Assembly (NCBI GenBank): GCA_963750165.1
Contig: CAVVPN010000003.1
Span: 1,088,001 to 1,152,000, forward strand
Direction: 5' to 3'
Length of the DNA stretch: 64,000 nucleotides
Source of the DNA: an uncultured Gemmataceae bacterium
GTDB taxonomy: Bacteria > Planctomycetota > Planctomycetia > Gemmatales > Gemmataceae
A program made the translations under genes and the position numbers. The notes under the pieces are model-generated. The model saw only the letters and a program-made list of their open reading frames with translations. It ran no database searches and was not told the origin of the DNA. Shown piece by piece: positions 28,522 to 39,060 of this stretch. Position 1 is the first letter of the stretch; the number at the start of each line of letters is the position of its first letter.

Positions 28522-30069
28522 ATCGTCCTCGCGCTGCCGGAACACCACGACGTACGCAAAGATCGCCGCGGCGACCAGCACGCCGCCCAGCAGCACCAGG
28601 CGAAGTTGCCGCACCCACTCCGCCTGGCCCAAAAAACGCTCCAGCGTGAAGATGATCGGGATCGTCGCCGCCAGGAAACTGCCGATCCGCACCAGCCATT
28701 CCATGCGCTCACGGTAGCGCGCCTGCAGATAGTTGTTCAGCTCCTCCGACTGCTCGTTGACCTCGCGCAGCAGCGTCCGTGTCTCGAACACCTTCTGCCA
28801 CTTCTTCCACAGCACCAGGCCGCGCTCGCGGTTGGTGATCTGGCTGAACCAGCACTGATTCTTGAACAGCAACAGATCCCGACGCACGCGGCGCAGCAGC
28901 TGCAAGCTGGCGGCGCTGCCGGTGATCAGCTTCTGGATGTCCGCGAAGCGGTCGAACAGCGCCAGCAGCGTCACGCGCTGCAGCGCCGCCAGGAGAAAGA
29001 TGTCGAAGTAATAGGTGCCGTGGTAGACGCCCAGGAAGCGCGCGTGGTAGCGGTCGGTATCGAAGACCACCAGCAGACCGCCGTCCTTGGTGAACCCCTG
29101 CCAGCGCGCCTGCAACCACTCGGCGCCGCTGCCGTCGTGCTCACCCGGCGGCCGCGACGTTTCCTTTGGGTCGATGCCGACCACGGCGTAGCGCTCCAGC
29201 AGGCTCTGGCAGCGGCGCGGGTCGGCCAGCGCCGTTTCCTTGTCGAGGCAGCTGAACGCATAGACCATCATGCGGTCGTCGTAGGTCGGCTTGACCGGCA
29301 GCGGCGTGCCCGGCACCAGGTCCGCAGGCCGCGCCGGCACGGGACCGGCGCCGAACTCGGCCAGCAGGTACGGCAGCAGCGTCTCCATGCGGTAGCGCGT
29401 CGGGCCGGCCACCAGCTCCGGCATCTCGAAGCCGCGGTACAGAGGCGCGATCGTGCGCAGGTAGGCCAGCGCCTCCATCTGGTCGAAGTAGGTCGCTGCC
29501 GGGTCGGTGCCGCGGTAGCGCAGCACCAGGAACGCGACACGGTAGCTGAAGACGATCAGTTCGGCCGACTCCAGCAACAGCTCGTGCGTGACGCTCAGGT
29601 GCTTGCGGAGGTCGGTGCCGCGCAGCGTGAGCGGCAGGCCCTCGGCCGTGATCGGGCCGAGACGGGCCAGGTCAAAGACGAAGTGCCAGCACGTCGGCTT
29701 ACGGGCCGGCTCGTCGCCGTCCGGCTTCTGCGCGAACAGGCTCGGGAACAGGAAGCGGCGGATGTACGGCAGAAAATACTCGGTGCGGTCCACGTCCTCG
29801 GTGTTGTCGAGCGAGAAGACGCGCTCGCGCCAGCGGCCGCCCTGCACCAGACGCTGCACGAGTGGCTGGCCGTCCGCTTCCGGGAAGGTGAACGGCAGCA
29901 CGCACAGCGAGTAATGGCTGACGAGGCGGAAGGTGCGCGGCTGCAAGCGCTCCGGCGTGCCTGGCAGCAATTCGACGCCGCACGAGGGGCGGGCGCAGAA
30001 GGCGGGCAGGGCGCCGGTGTGTTCCAGCCCGCACAGCGGACAGCGCGGCAGTGTGGTCACCGTGGCCAT
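28519..30069 (-). CDS. Hypothetical protein with N-terminal Zn-ribbon and CorA-like coiled coil + 2 TM C-terminus
   Basis: CPLC...CARPSC; F.N..WFSQIT....G..LW..W...F....L..EV..Q..EL; two terminal hydrophobic helices. Confidence 0.65.
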   Translation of the reverse strand: MATVTTLPRCPLCGLEHTGALPAFCARPSCGVELLPGTPERLQPRTFRLVSHYSLCVLPFTFPEADGQPLVQRLVQGGRWRERVFSLDNTEDVDRTEYFLPYIRRFLFPSLFAQKPDGDEPARKPTCWHFVFDLARLGPITAEGLPLTLRGTDLRKHLSVTHELLLESAELIVFSYRVAFLVLRYRGTDPAATYFDQMEALAYLRTIAPLYRGFEMPELVAGPTRYRMETLLPYLLAEFGAGPVPARPADLVPGTPLPVKPTYDDRMMVYAFSCLDKETALADPRRCQSLLERYAVVGIDPKETSRPPGEHDGSGAEWLQARWQGFTKDGGLLVVFDTDRYHARFLGVYHGTYYFDIFLLAALQRVTLLALFDRFADIQKLITGSAASLQLLRRVRRDLLLFKNQCWFSQITNRERGLVLWKKWQKVFETRTLLREVNEQSEELNNYLQARYRERMEWLVRIGSFLAATIPIIFTLERFLGQAEWVRQLRLVLLGGVLVAAAIFAYVVVFRQREDD

Positions 30070-30297
30070 GAGGTTCCTTTGCAAGTGGGTTGGTGAGGCG
30101 TCGCACGCCCCGGGTTGATCGTCAACAGTAAGGACGCCGGGAGCGGCGGGGAGGTTCTAGCCTGGCCGGCGGCGTTCGACCATCCCGGGCCGGGCACAAT
30201 TTTCCGCGGGAAGTTCTGGCGGCTGCCGGGGCGCTGTGCTATGGTAAACCCTATCTTTTCGGCAAAAACGCTGTTTCCGTTGGCAAAGGAGACCGGG

Positions 30298-31032
30298 ATG
30301 AGCGACGTGCGTCATCTGGCGTGGGCGCTGCTGGCAGCGCTGGGGCTGGCGCTGCCGGCCCATGCGGGGGAGAAGACCGGCTTCGTGAACGCCGTCCACA
30401 AGGACAAGGACGGCAAGGAGGTCCCCTATGTGGTCTTCGTGCCCCACGACTACAAGGGCGACAAGGACTATCCGGTGATCCTGTTCCTGCACGGCGCCGG
30501 CGAGACCAAGGGCGGCGGCCAGCAGCCCGTGAACGTCGGCATTGGGCCGGCGATCAAGAAGCAGGCGAAAACCTTCCCGTTCATCGTCATCATCCCGCAG
30601 GCCCAGACGAGGGGCTGGGGCGCCAAATCGGACAACGCCGCCCGCGCCCTGGCGATGCTCGCCGAGGTGCAGAAGAAGTACAAGACCGACCGCAAGCGCG
30701 TCTACCTGACGGGACTGTCGATGGGCGGCTTCGGCACCTGGAGCGTGGCGGCGGCGCACCCGAATATGTGGGCGGCCATCGTGCCGATCTGCGGCGGCGG
30801 CAACCCCAAGGACGCGGCGAAAATCAAGGACATTCCGACCTGGGTCTTCCACGGCGACAAGGACACGGCCGTCAAGGTGGACCTGTCGCGGAAGATGGTC
30901 GAGGCCCTCAAGGCCGCCGGCGCCAAGGATGTTCGCTACACCGAGTACCCCGGCGTCGGCCACAACAGCTGGGACCGCGCCTACGCCACGCCCGAGCTGT
31001 ACACCTGGCTGCTCAAGCAGCAGACCAAGTGA
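30298..31032 (+). CDS. Secreted alpha/beta hydrolase (predicted peptidase/phospholipase)
   Basis: AAGGAG RBS, signal peptide, FLHGAGE, GLSMGG, HGDKD, GHNSW. Confidence 0.9.
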   Translation: MSDVRHLAWALLAALGLALPAHAGEKTGFVNAVHKDKDGKEVPYVVFVPHDYKGDKDYPVILFLHGAGETKGGGQQPVNVGIGPAIKKQAKTFPFIVIIPQAQTRGWGAKSDNAARALAMLAEVQKKYKTDRKRVYLTGLSMGGFGTWSVAAAHPNMWAAIVPICGGGNPKDAAKIKDIPTWVFHGDKDTAVKVDLSRKMVEALKAAGAKDVRYTEYPGVGHNSWDRAYATPELYTWLLKQQTK

Positions 31033-31136
31033 TGCCCGCGTCGGTCGGAGCCCGAGCGCCAGCGCGGGGCCAGCGCTGCCCCGCGCTGGCGCTCGGGCTC
31101 CGACCAATCACCCGTATCCCTTACCGGAGACCTCTC

Positions 31137-32715
31137 ATGGACCAGCAGCAACCCCAACCGGACGTGACTCGCCGCGACTTCCTGAAGACCAGTGCCGCGG
31201 TCGGCGCCGCCATGTCGCTGAGCGCCGCCAGCTACGCCCGCGTCCAGAACGCCAACGAGAACCTGCGCGTCGCCTTCCTGGGCGTCGGCGGCCGCTGCCA
31301 GGCGCACCTCGACATCATCAACTACCTGGCCCGCAACGGCGGCGGCGTTCGGCCCGTCGGCGTCTGCGACGTGTGGAACGGCAACGCCACCCTCGGCCGC
31401 GGTCTCTACCCGTCCGCCCGCAAGTGCAACCTCAACGTCAACAACCAGAATGAGGTCACCAAGGACTACCGCCGCATTCTCGACCGCCGTGACGTGGACA
31501 TCGTTTGCGTCGCCACGCCGGACCACTGGCACGCCAAGATGTGCATTGACGCCGCCGCCGCCGGCAAGGACGTGTACTGCGAAAAGCCCATGACCAAGAC
31601 CATCGCCGAGGCCCACGCCGTCGTCGATGCCATCCGCCGCAACAACCGCGTCATGACCGTCGGTGTGCAGTCGATGGCGGACCCGACCTGGCGGCTGGCC
31701 AACGAGATGATCCGCCGCGGCGACATCGGCCACGTCGCCCAGGCCCAGACCAGCTACTATCGCAACTACATCGGCGGTCAGTGGCGCTACTACCGCCTGA
31801 CGGCGGACATGAACCCGACCACCATCGACTGGCCGATGTTCCTGGGCACCAACTTCTCAGTGTTCCCCGGCACGCCGCTGGCGCCGAGCATTCCGTTCGA
31901 CCGCGCCATCTACGGCCAGTGGCGCTGCTACTGGCAGTTCGGCGGCGGCATGTTCACCGACCTGTTCGTCCACCAGACGACGCACATGATTGCGGCGATG
32001 GGCGTGCGCTACCCCGGTCGCGTGGTTGGCGGCGGCGGCATCTACCTGGAGTACGACAAGCGCGACGTGCCCGATGTGGCCACCGTCGTCGCGGACTTCA
32101 ACGAGGGCTGCCAGCTCATCATCACCGCGACGATGATTAACGACCACCCGATCGAGGAGTGCATCCGCGGCCGGCTGGCGACCATGCGCTTCGTCAACCG
32201 CACGCACCAGGTCAACGGCGTCAACAATAACGAACTGAATATCGAGGTGCTGCCGCAGGCGCTGCGCAGCGGGCCGGGGGTGCCACGGCGGTTGGAGAAC
32301 GCGACGGGCCGCCTCATTCCGGGCGGCCTGCCGGTGCCGGCCAACGACCGCGGCATCGACACGCGGCGGCTGTGGCAGAACTTCCTGGACTGCTGCCGCA
32401 CGCGGACGTTCGAGACCTTCAGCACGCCGGAACTGGGCGCCGCCGCGTTCACGACGGTGAACATGGGCGTGCTCAGCTACCGCGAGGGCAAGGTGAAGGC
32501 GTGGGACGCGCAGAATCGGCGGCCGGTGGATGCCGACAGCAGCTGGGCGGCGCTGGGAGCAGCGCAGCCACGACCGGGGACGGCCGGAGCAGATTCAGGG
32601 CTGGGCGGGCGGCGACGCCGGCAGCGTTGTGGTGCCGCCGGACTACCAGCGCCTCGGCGGCACCTGGACCAACGGCCAGGACCCGGCCCCGATGGCGGGC
32701 GGCGGTGGGAATTAA
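31137..32715 (+). CDS. Tat-exported Gfo/Idh/MocA oxidoreductase; frameshift near 32550
   Basis: TRRDFLK, GVGGR, ATPDHWH, YCEKP, GGGMFTDLFVH. Confidence 0.9.
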
Positions 32716-32726
32716 CCGAATATTAA

Positions 32727-32940
32727 CCACCGGGCCGTATAGACACAGAGGAAGACGCACAGTGACACCCTGTTGTGGCCCGGTCTCCGGACCGGGCCAC
32801 GGCTTCGACCGAAGGTCTCCTCTTCGGGGCGTTGGAACCCAGGAGACCTTCGGTCCAGGCCCGTGGCCTGGTCCGGAGACCAAGCCACAACGAGGCGCAC
32901 GGAGCGGGTGAGTCTTCCTCTGTGTCTTTGTGTTCGGTGG
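32727..32940. repeat. Three-hairpin REP-like element nested inside a CACAGAG-type inverted repeat
   Basis: Inner GTTGTGGCCCGGTCTCC..GACCGAAGGTCTCC..GGAGACCTTCGGTC..GCCACAAC (32772-32891); outer AGACACAGAGGAAGAC / GTCTTCCTCTGTGTCT. Confidence 0.85.
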
Positions 32941-32969
32941 CTCGATCTACTTCATTGCGGAGGGTAACC

Positions 32970-33845
32970 ATGAGAGAGCGATCGTGGCTCGCGCTGGTGG
33001 CGCTCGGACTGCTGCTGGTAATCACCGCGGCGGACGCCCAGGAGCAGGCCAAGGCCAAGCGCTTCGTCGTCGTGGTCAAGCATGCGGACGCCAGAGAACT
33101 GGCTGTCACGCTCGGGAAGTATTTCAAGGCCGAGCCGAACGTGCAGATCGTGGCGGACGTGCCGAGCAACACCCTGCTCTTCAGCGCCCCGCCGACCGTC
33201 GAGGAAGAACTGTTCCGCCTGCTACCGGTGCTGGACCGGCCGGCACACGTGGTCCACGTCGAGGTGATCCTGGCCGAGGTGCTGCCGCACAAAAAAGACG
33301 GCTTCAAGGATCTGGATGAGAAGGAATTCACCGGGCAGGCCGGCGCCGTGCTGGGCCGGCTCAAGGCGCTGGCGGCCGGCAACCGCCTGGGCGCCGTGCG
33401 GCGCGTGCAGTTCAACGCGACGGAGAACCAGCCCGTGTCCGTGCGCCTGGGGGAAACCAAGCCGAGCGTCTCGGGGATTAGCAGCGGCTTCGGCAAGGGC
33501 GGCAAGGGTCCCACGGCCCGGAGCATCACATACCGGGAAGCGGGCACGTCGGTGCAGTGTACGCCGCGGGTCACCCCCGGCAAAACCATCACCCTGGACC
33601 TGCGCCTGGAGGAGAAGCGACCGCACACCCCCCAGAACGGCGTGGCGCTGGGGGTGGACGAGAACAACATCCCCATCCTGGCGTCGGAGTTCCTCACCAC
33701 CAGCGTGGACGCCCGGCTGACGCTGCCCTCGGGGCAGGCGGTCCTCGCTCAGCGGGTGAAGACCAGCGGCAAGACTGGCCAGGAAATGCTGTTGGTGATC
33801 GTCACCGCCCGCGTCGTGGAGGCGGAGACCAAAAGCGGTAAATAG
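32970..33845 (+). CDS. Short secretin-like (type II/III secretion outer-membrane domain) protein
   Basis: GGAGG RBS, signal peptide, KHADA.ELA..L..., D..SNTLL, LDRP...V.VEV, YREAGT.V..TPRV. Confidence 0.65.
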   Translation: MRERSWLALVALGLLLVITAADAQEQAKAKRFVVVVKHADARELAVTLGKYFKAEPNVQIVADVPSNTLLFSAPPTVEEELFRLLPVLDRPAHVVHVEVILAEVLPHKKDGFKDLDEKEFTGQAGAVLGRLKALAAGNRLGAVRRVQFNATENQPVSVRLGETKPSVSGISSGFGKGGKGPTARSITYREAGTSVQCTPRVTPGKTITLDLRLEEKRPHTPQNGVALGVDENNIPILASEFLTTSVDARLTLPSGQAVLAQRVKTSGKTGQEMLLVIVTARVVEAETKSGK

Positions 33846-33885
33846 TTGCGGCCAGGAACGGCAGCCTCCCACCGTGAGTCACCCT

Positions 33886-33920
33886 GGTTACGTTTCGCAC
33901 GGCCCGCGCGAAACGTAACC
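33886..33920. terminator. Hairpin between convergent genes (putative bidirectional terminator)
   Basis: GGTTACGTTTCGC...GCGAAACGTAACC 13-bp stem. Confidence 0.55.
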
Positions 33921-33948
33921 GGAGCTCGTCGTTAGTCCGAAGTGCTTC

Positions 33949-34548
33949 TCAATACCAGCCGCGGCGGTAGCCGTAGCCGTAGCCGAAGCCAACGCCCACC
34001 GGCGCGACATACACCGGCCGTGGGTACACCGGCTGCACCACCGTCACGCCGCCCGGCGGCACACTGGGATGCGGGTGTGACTGCATTTCAATCACCACCG
34101 GGTCGCTGACGCCCTGCTGTTTCAGGTAATCGATGTCCACCCCCCGCAGGTTATACGTCGTGCCCGAGTTGCGGATGTAGTTGATGATGATGGCGTCGCT
34201 GATGTGATCCTGCGCCATCTTGGCGATTTCCTGCAAACCCACCGGCCCGATCACCACCTGTTGCTGCTGGGCGGCGACCTGCTGCTGCTGGGCCACGGCC
34301 TGCTGCACGGCCGCGTTCTCACGCGCCTCGGCGCGATCCTCGGCGTTGCCGGCAATCGCACCCAGGCCGGCACCGGCGCCCGCGCCGATGGCGGCGCCGG
34401 CCAGCGGCCGGCCGACGGCGAGGCCGGCGAGGGTGCCCAGTGTTCCGCCGATGATGCCGCCGGTGGCGGCGCCCGCTCCGGTGTTGCTCATCGTGCTGCA
34501 ACCGCAGGAGCACAACATCAACACGCCGAGAAGGAATTTGCGTCTCAT
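33949..34548 (-). CDS. Glycine-zipper lipoprotein
   Basis: Lipobox CSCGC, GAATGGIIGG...GAAIGAGAGAGLGAIAG, L..L...GVSD.VI..M. Confidence 0.85.
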   Translation of the reverse strand: MRRKFLLGVLMLCSCGCSTMSNTGAGAATGGIIGGTLGTLAGLAVGRPLAGAAIGAGAGAGLGAIAGNAEDRAEARENAAVQQAVAQQQQVAAQQQQVVIGPVGLQEIAKMAQDHISDAIIINYIRNSGTTYNLRGVDIDYLKQQGVSDPVVIEMQSHPHPSVPPGGVTVVQPVYPRPVYVAPVGVGFGYGYGYRRGWY

Positions 34549-34929
34549 GTGAAAACTCCCGACGCCGGCCAGGACGGCAAGGTTGGGCGGACTGCGGGGC
34601 GATGGTCGAGTGAGAGGGCCTGGCACACCCAATGGGCCGCCAGCGGTCGGGCCCTGCGGGGCCACGACCCGGGTCGGCGGAATATGCGACAAAGCCGTCC
34701 GGCGGTCAAGGTGAACTGGGCGATTTTCCAGGACATGTCCGGTCAGCCGCCTGAAAGAATCATCGTCCTGGAGGCGGGGTCTTGTTTAGAAATGGCGATT
34801 GAAGTGACCTGCGGTGCGGTTCGCCGCGTATAACAGAGATGGTGCCAGGGAGGGCTTTCATCTCATTTCATTTCACACACCCCCTGTCAGCCCCAGGGGC
34901 AGCGCAGATTCCCTACTCCAAAGCGCACG

Positions 34930-35225
34930 GCTGGAGCGGTTCACGCACGGTTTGCGCACAAGTGACGGCGGGCACGGGCTGACCACCAGCGGCCTGCACT
35001 GCCACAGCAAGGGGGCCAAGGAGGCCAAGGGGGCCAACGTTTTCATACGTCGAGATTCGGCGCCCTGGCTCCGCACGGCTGGCACGGCGCGACCACCACC
35101 GGCGGCGGTTGTCAAATCAAGGACGCCAAGGACGCCAAGGACGCCAACGTTTTCATACGTCAAGAAGCGGCGCCTGGCAGCGCCGGCCTGCCGTTCGTGG
35201 TCCACGCCACTGCGAACCGCGCTAA
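34930..35225 (+). mobile_element. Dispersed MITE-like element, copy 2, with internal duplication and imperfect terminal inverted repeats
   Basis: Starts GAGCGGTTC, ends GAACCGCGCTAA; CCAAGGACG 9-mer repeats; about 35117-35180 repeats about 35008-35070. Confidence 0.6.
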
Positions 35226-35275
35226 ATCACCAAGGTTTGTCTCCTTGCTCTCCAAAACCGAAAACTCACCCAAAC

Positions 35276-35746
35276 CTACGCGCTCGGCGCGCCGCCGGAC
35301 GGTTGACGGCGGGCGAACATCGCAATCGCCTCGGCCTGTTCATCGGTCTCGACCGAGCCGGGCCGCAGCCGCCGCACCCGAGCGATGGCGTTCTTGGCCG
35401 TCATGCCCTTGCTGACGAAGTAGCACGCCAGGATGACGCCTGTGCGGCCCAGTCCCGCCGTGCAGTGGACCGCCACGCCCATGTGATGCCCGTGCGCCCG
35501 CTGGATCGCCGACAGCGCCCGGTCCAGTTGCTCCTGCGTCGGCGCCTCCATGTCCACGACCGGCACGTGAACCACCAGCAGCCCGGCATCGTTGACCCAG
35601 TCGCGGCGCGGCGGGTCCTCCGTCAGCGAGATCAGCAGTTCGATGCCCTGGCGGCGCAGCCACTCCAGCTGCTCCGCCTCGTCGGGCTGCGCCAGCGCTG
35701 CCAGCAGCGGTTTTTCGATCCAGGAAAAGCCGGGGGGAGAAGCCAT
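35276..35746 (-). CDS. Dual-specificity/tyrosine protein phosphatase
   Basis: VHCTAGLGRTG (CX5R), RRLRPGSVET.EQ. Confidence 0.9.
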   Translation of the reverse strand: MASPPGFSWIEKPLLAALAQPDEAEQLEWLRRQGIELLISLTEDPPRRDWVNDAGLLVVHVPVVDMEAPTQEQLDRALSAIQRAHGHHMGVAVHCTAGLGRTGVILACYFVSKGMTAKNAIARVRRLRPGSVETDEQAEAIAMFARRQPSGGAPSA

Positions 35747-35760
35747 AACGACGGGACATC

Positions 35761-36294
35761 CTAGAGGTCGCGCAGCGGCTTCTGACTGAAGCGGCTGCGC
35801 AGCTGGTTCGCCTGTTCCCACACCTTGGGGGAGGTCCGCAGGAAGTCGATGAGGCTGCCGGTGGAAACCCCCAGGGCCGCCGCCGCCTCGCCGACGCGCG
35901 CCTGCAGTGCCTGCAGCACATCGAGCACGACGCCGGCCGCTGGCCAGTAGCGGACATCCTTCGCCCCCAGGCTCAGCTTACCAGCGCGGTCGCGGGCGTC
36001 GCAATACTCCGGGTGCGCCGCCAGCGCTGCCGGCGTGAGTTGTTCGGGCGTCAATTCGCGGCGCAGTTTCAAATAGAACAACTGCCGCAGCCGCCGCAGG
36101 GCGCGGGCGCGGTTCTCGTGCTGACTGCGGCTCTCCTCGGCGATGACGAGCAGGCCGCTGGGCGGATGCCGCAGTCGCACCGCCGAACTGGTCTTGTTGC
36201 GCTTCTGACCGCCGGGGCCGCTGGCGCGATACGTGTCCACCTCGCACTGCGCCAGCAGCTGGGCGTCGGTTAGGGTCGTCCAGGTTTCGCGCAT
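35761..36294 (-). CDS. Peptide chain release factor-like protein (RF-1 domain, ArfB/PrfH-like)
   Basis: [30 protein letters not shown]. Confidence 0.85.
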   Translation of the reverse strand: MRETWTTLTDAQLLAQCEVDTYRASGPGGQKRNKTSSAVRLRHPPSGLLVIAEESRSQHENRARALRRLRQLFYLKLRRELTPEQLTPAALAAHPEYCDARDRAGKLSLGAKDVRYWPAAGVVLDVLQALQARVGEAAAALGVSTGSLIDFLRTSPKVWEQANQLRSRFSQKPLRDL

Positions 36295-36307
36295 GGGACT
36301 CAAAACT

Positions 36308-36435
36308 CCCCTCTCCCCCTGAAGGGGGAGAGGGGTCGGGGGTGAGGGGGACTTGGTTCGAAGTACCAGCTTTCCGCCTGAAGGCGGTACTACGAACCAA
36401 AACCGACCCCTCTCCCCCTGAAGGGGGAGAGGGGG
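36308..36435. repeat. Two CCCCTCTCCCCCTGAAGGGGGAGAGGGG palindromes flanking a GTAG-type REP-like hairpin
   Basis: Copies at about 36308-36334 and 36407-36434; inner TTGGTTCG..CCGCCTGAAGGCGGTACTACGAACCAA. Confidence 0.85.
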
Positions 36436-36443
36436 AGAGCGGA

Positions 36444-37781
36444 CTACTGCGGCAACGCCCACGGATTGCGCCGCGGCCGGCTCAGCCAGGCGGTCGCCTG
36501 CATGTTGTCGATGAACTGCTCGGTCATCGGGTTCCAGCGCAGCCGCATCCCGGTGCGGATGGCGATGTTGCCCAGGTGGCAGACCGTCACCGAACGATGG
36601 CCGACCGTCGCGTTGCAGATCGGCTGCTGCCGGCTGCGCACGCACTGGATGAAGTTGGCCATGTGGTTGTTCGACACCTGCAACCGTGTTGCCCCCTTGG
36701 GGAGCGCCGCGCTCAGGATGGCCGGGGCGTTCGCGGCGATGCGACCGCGGCTGACGAAGATCCAGCGGCCTTCGGTGCCCTCGAAGCGCACGCCGTTCTC
36801 GCCGCGGCTCGTGCAGCGCACCACTGCGCCGGCCGCGCCGTTGGGGCCGTTGTTGTACGTGAACGTCGCCGTGAAGTGCGGGTGACAGTTGTAGCGGTTG
36901 GCGCCCATCGCCGGGGCGTCGCCCGTGCCCTCGATCAGGGCGGGGCCGCTGGCGTCCATGCCCAGCGCCCACTGCGCGATGTCGTTGTGGTGGGCGCCCC
37001 AGTCGGTCATCTTGCCGCCGCTGTATTCGTACCACCAGCGGAAGGTGTAATGGCACTTCTGCGGCACATACGCCACCTCCGGCGTCGGGCCGAGCCAGAC
37101 CGTCCAGTCGAGGCCGTCCGGCACCGGCGCCTGCTGGAACGGGCCACCGGTCGGGTTGTCGCCGATGCGCGTCTCGGCGCGGATCTGGTGCAGCGGCCCG
37201 ATGCGGCCATTGCGGACCAGCTCGCAGGCCAGGCGGAAGCGGGTGTCGGAACGCTGCTGGCTGCCGGTCTGGAAGACGCGGTTGGTCTGCTGCGCCACGC
37301 GGGCCACCGCCTTGCTCTCCTCGATGGTCAGCGTCAGCGGCTTCTCGCAGTACACGTCCTTGCCGGCGCGCATGGCGGCGATGGCGATCTGGGCGTGCCA
37401 GTGGTCGGGGGTGCCGATGATGACGGCGGTGATGTCGCGGCGGGCGAGCAGTTCGCGGAAGTCGTTGTACTGCTGCACGCCGTTGTCACCGAGGCGGCCC
37501 AGGGCCGCGGCGGCCTGCTGGCGGCGACCGCGGTCCACGTCGCAGACGGCGACGAAGCGCACGCCCCGCTGGCCGCGCACGGCGCGCATGTCGCCCTGAC
37601 CCTGCGGTCCGGAGCCGATGAGGCCCATGACGATGTCGTTGTTGGGCTGCTGCTGCTGCGCTTCCAGTTCCAGTTCGTGGGCGAGGGTTTCCCTGGCGTA
37701 CCACATCGGCAGCCCAGCGGCGGCCAGGCCGGCCAGCGAGCGCGCCAAAAAGCCGCGCCGCGAAAGGTTCCCGCGGTTCAT
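36444..37781 (-). CDS. Tat-exported Gfo/Idh/MocA oxidoreductase
   Basis: [39 protein letters not shown]. Confidence 0.95.
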   Translation of the reverse strand: MNRGNLSRRGFLARSLAGLAAAGLPMWYARETLAHELELEAQQQQPNNDIVMGLIGSGPQGQGDMRAVRGQRGVRFVAVCDVDRGRRQQAAAALGRLGDNGVQQYNDFRELLARRDITAVIIGTPDHWHAQIAIAAMRAGKDVYCEKPLTLTIEESKAVARVAQQTNRVFQTGSQQRSDTRFRLACELVRNGRIGPLHQIRAETRIGDNPTGGPFQQAPVPDGLDWTVWLGPTPEVAYVPQKCHYTFRWWYEYSGGKMTDWGAHHNDIAQWALGMDASGPALIEGTGDAPAMGANRYNCHPHFTATFTYNNGPNGAAGAVVRCTSRGENGVRFEGTEGRWIFVSRGRIAANAPAILSAALPKGATRLQVSNNHMANFIQCVRSRQQPICNATVGHRSVTVCHLGNIAIRTGMRLRWNPMTEQFIDNMQATAWLSRPRRNPWALPQ

Positions 37782-38238
37782 GCGTGACTCCTGCTAAAAG
37801 GGGACGTGGAGAGTTTGGAGCATGTAGTTGATGTTAGGCCGGCGGGCTGCGAAGGGCAAAGGAAAAACGCCCGGCGGCGACAATTGCTGTCAACGGGATG
37901 GCAATCTGTGCCTGGTCGGAGCCCGAGCGCAGCGCGGGGCACAGCAGGCCCCGCGCTGGCGCTCGGGCTCCGACCAACCGCGAATAATCATGGCGATTCC
38001 GCATAAACGGGGCAACGGGTGATGTCCCGGGCAGGGGACGGCGCCGACGGCAATAACGGCAAACTCAGCGTTTGTTGACAAATGGGCGCAGCCCTCAAGC
38101 TGGGCGCTTTCGCGTCCGATGTTAATCCTGTGCAAAATCGGTCTGCCCGGCATTCTGGGCGGTGGCGAAACGGGCCCGACCCCCCGGACTCCGCCCCGGT
38201 GGACCCGGACGCACGTTCGCGGAAAGCGGGAGGGAAAG

Positions 38239-38946
38239 ATGAAGCGGCACGCACTCAGGCAAGGCCTGGTTCTTGGAGCGCTCGGCGTCTCGCTCCTGGC
38301 CGGTTGTAACGTGATCGCGGGCCGGCCGTCGTCGGGCTGCTGCGGCCCCACCCCGGCGGTCCAGGTATGCTCGACCAGCCAGCCGTTCCCGGCCTCTTGC
38401 TACCCCGGCTGTGGCACGGTGGCGCGGACGCCCGTCTCCGCGCCGATGCCGCCACTCGTGAGGTTGGGAGATCCGGTCCATAACGACACTGCCCCGCACG
38501 GCCCGGTGGCGACGCTGGGCTTCCAGGAACTCCCGGACAGCGCCGCGCCCCCTACCGTGCAGCTGACGGTGCCGCTTGACGCGCCGATCCCCCAGCCGCG
38601 CGACGAGCGCGAGCCGACCCGCAATAACTTCGTGGACCTGAGCGCAGTACCGTGCTTCAGCCACGCTCCGGATTACAACTGGATCATCGGCCAGGTGGAA
38701 TATTCGCGCATCGCGAAGGAGTGGCGGCTGCGCTACACCTCGCTGGACAACGTGGACCAGCACGGCGGTCGCGTGATCCTCATCGAGAACCATCACGTCA
38801 CGCTGCTGCGCGACAGTCAGTACGTCCACGTGCGCGGCCACCTGGTCAATTCCCCCAGCGACGACGGCCCGATGCACTACCGCATCGAGTCGTTCCGGGT
38901 TCTGGAGAACACCGAGGTCCCGCCCGCCCCGCCAGATGCGAAGTGA
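38239..38946 (+). CDS. Hypothetical lipoprotein
   Basis: GGAGG RBS, lipobox LLAGC, Pro-rich middle, C-terminal domain shared with the next gene. Confidence 0.75.
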   Translation: MKRHALRQGLVLGALGVSLLAGCNVIAGRPSSGCCGPTPAVQVCSTSQPFPASCYPGCGTVARTPVSAPMPPLVRLGDPVHNDTAPHGPVATLGFQELPDSAAPPTVQLTVPLDAPIPQPRDEREPTRNNFVDLSAVPCFSHAPDYNWIIGQVEYSRIAKEWRLRYTSLDNVDQHGGRVILIENHHVTLLRDSQYVHVRGHLVNSPSDDGPMHYRIESFRVLENTEVPPAPPDAK

Positions 38947-39060
38947 TGGCACCCGCCGCTCTGCCCCGTGGTGGCAGACAGGAATGTCTGCCCAACGGGG
39001 AAGGTCCACAAGCTCCCCACAACGACTCCGCTCATCCGCCCGTTTCAGAGGAGGACAAGG

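Noticed and set aside
34814..35764. ORF through the dispersed repeat (similar peptide also in 27114-28712)
   Set aside because: The similarity is explained by the DNA repeat; there is no RBS/start and it overlaps the phosphatase on the opposite strand
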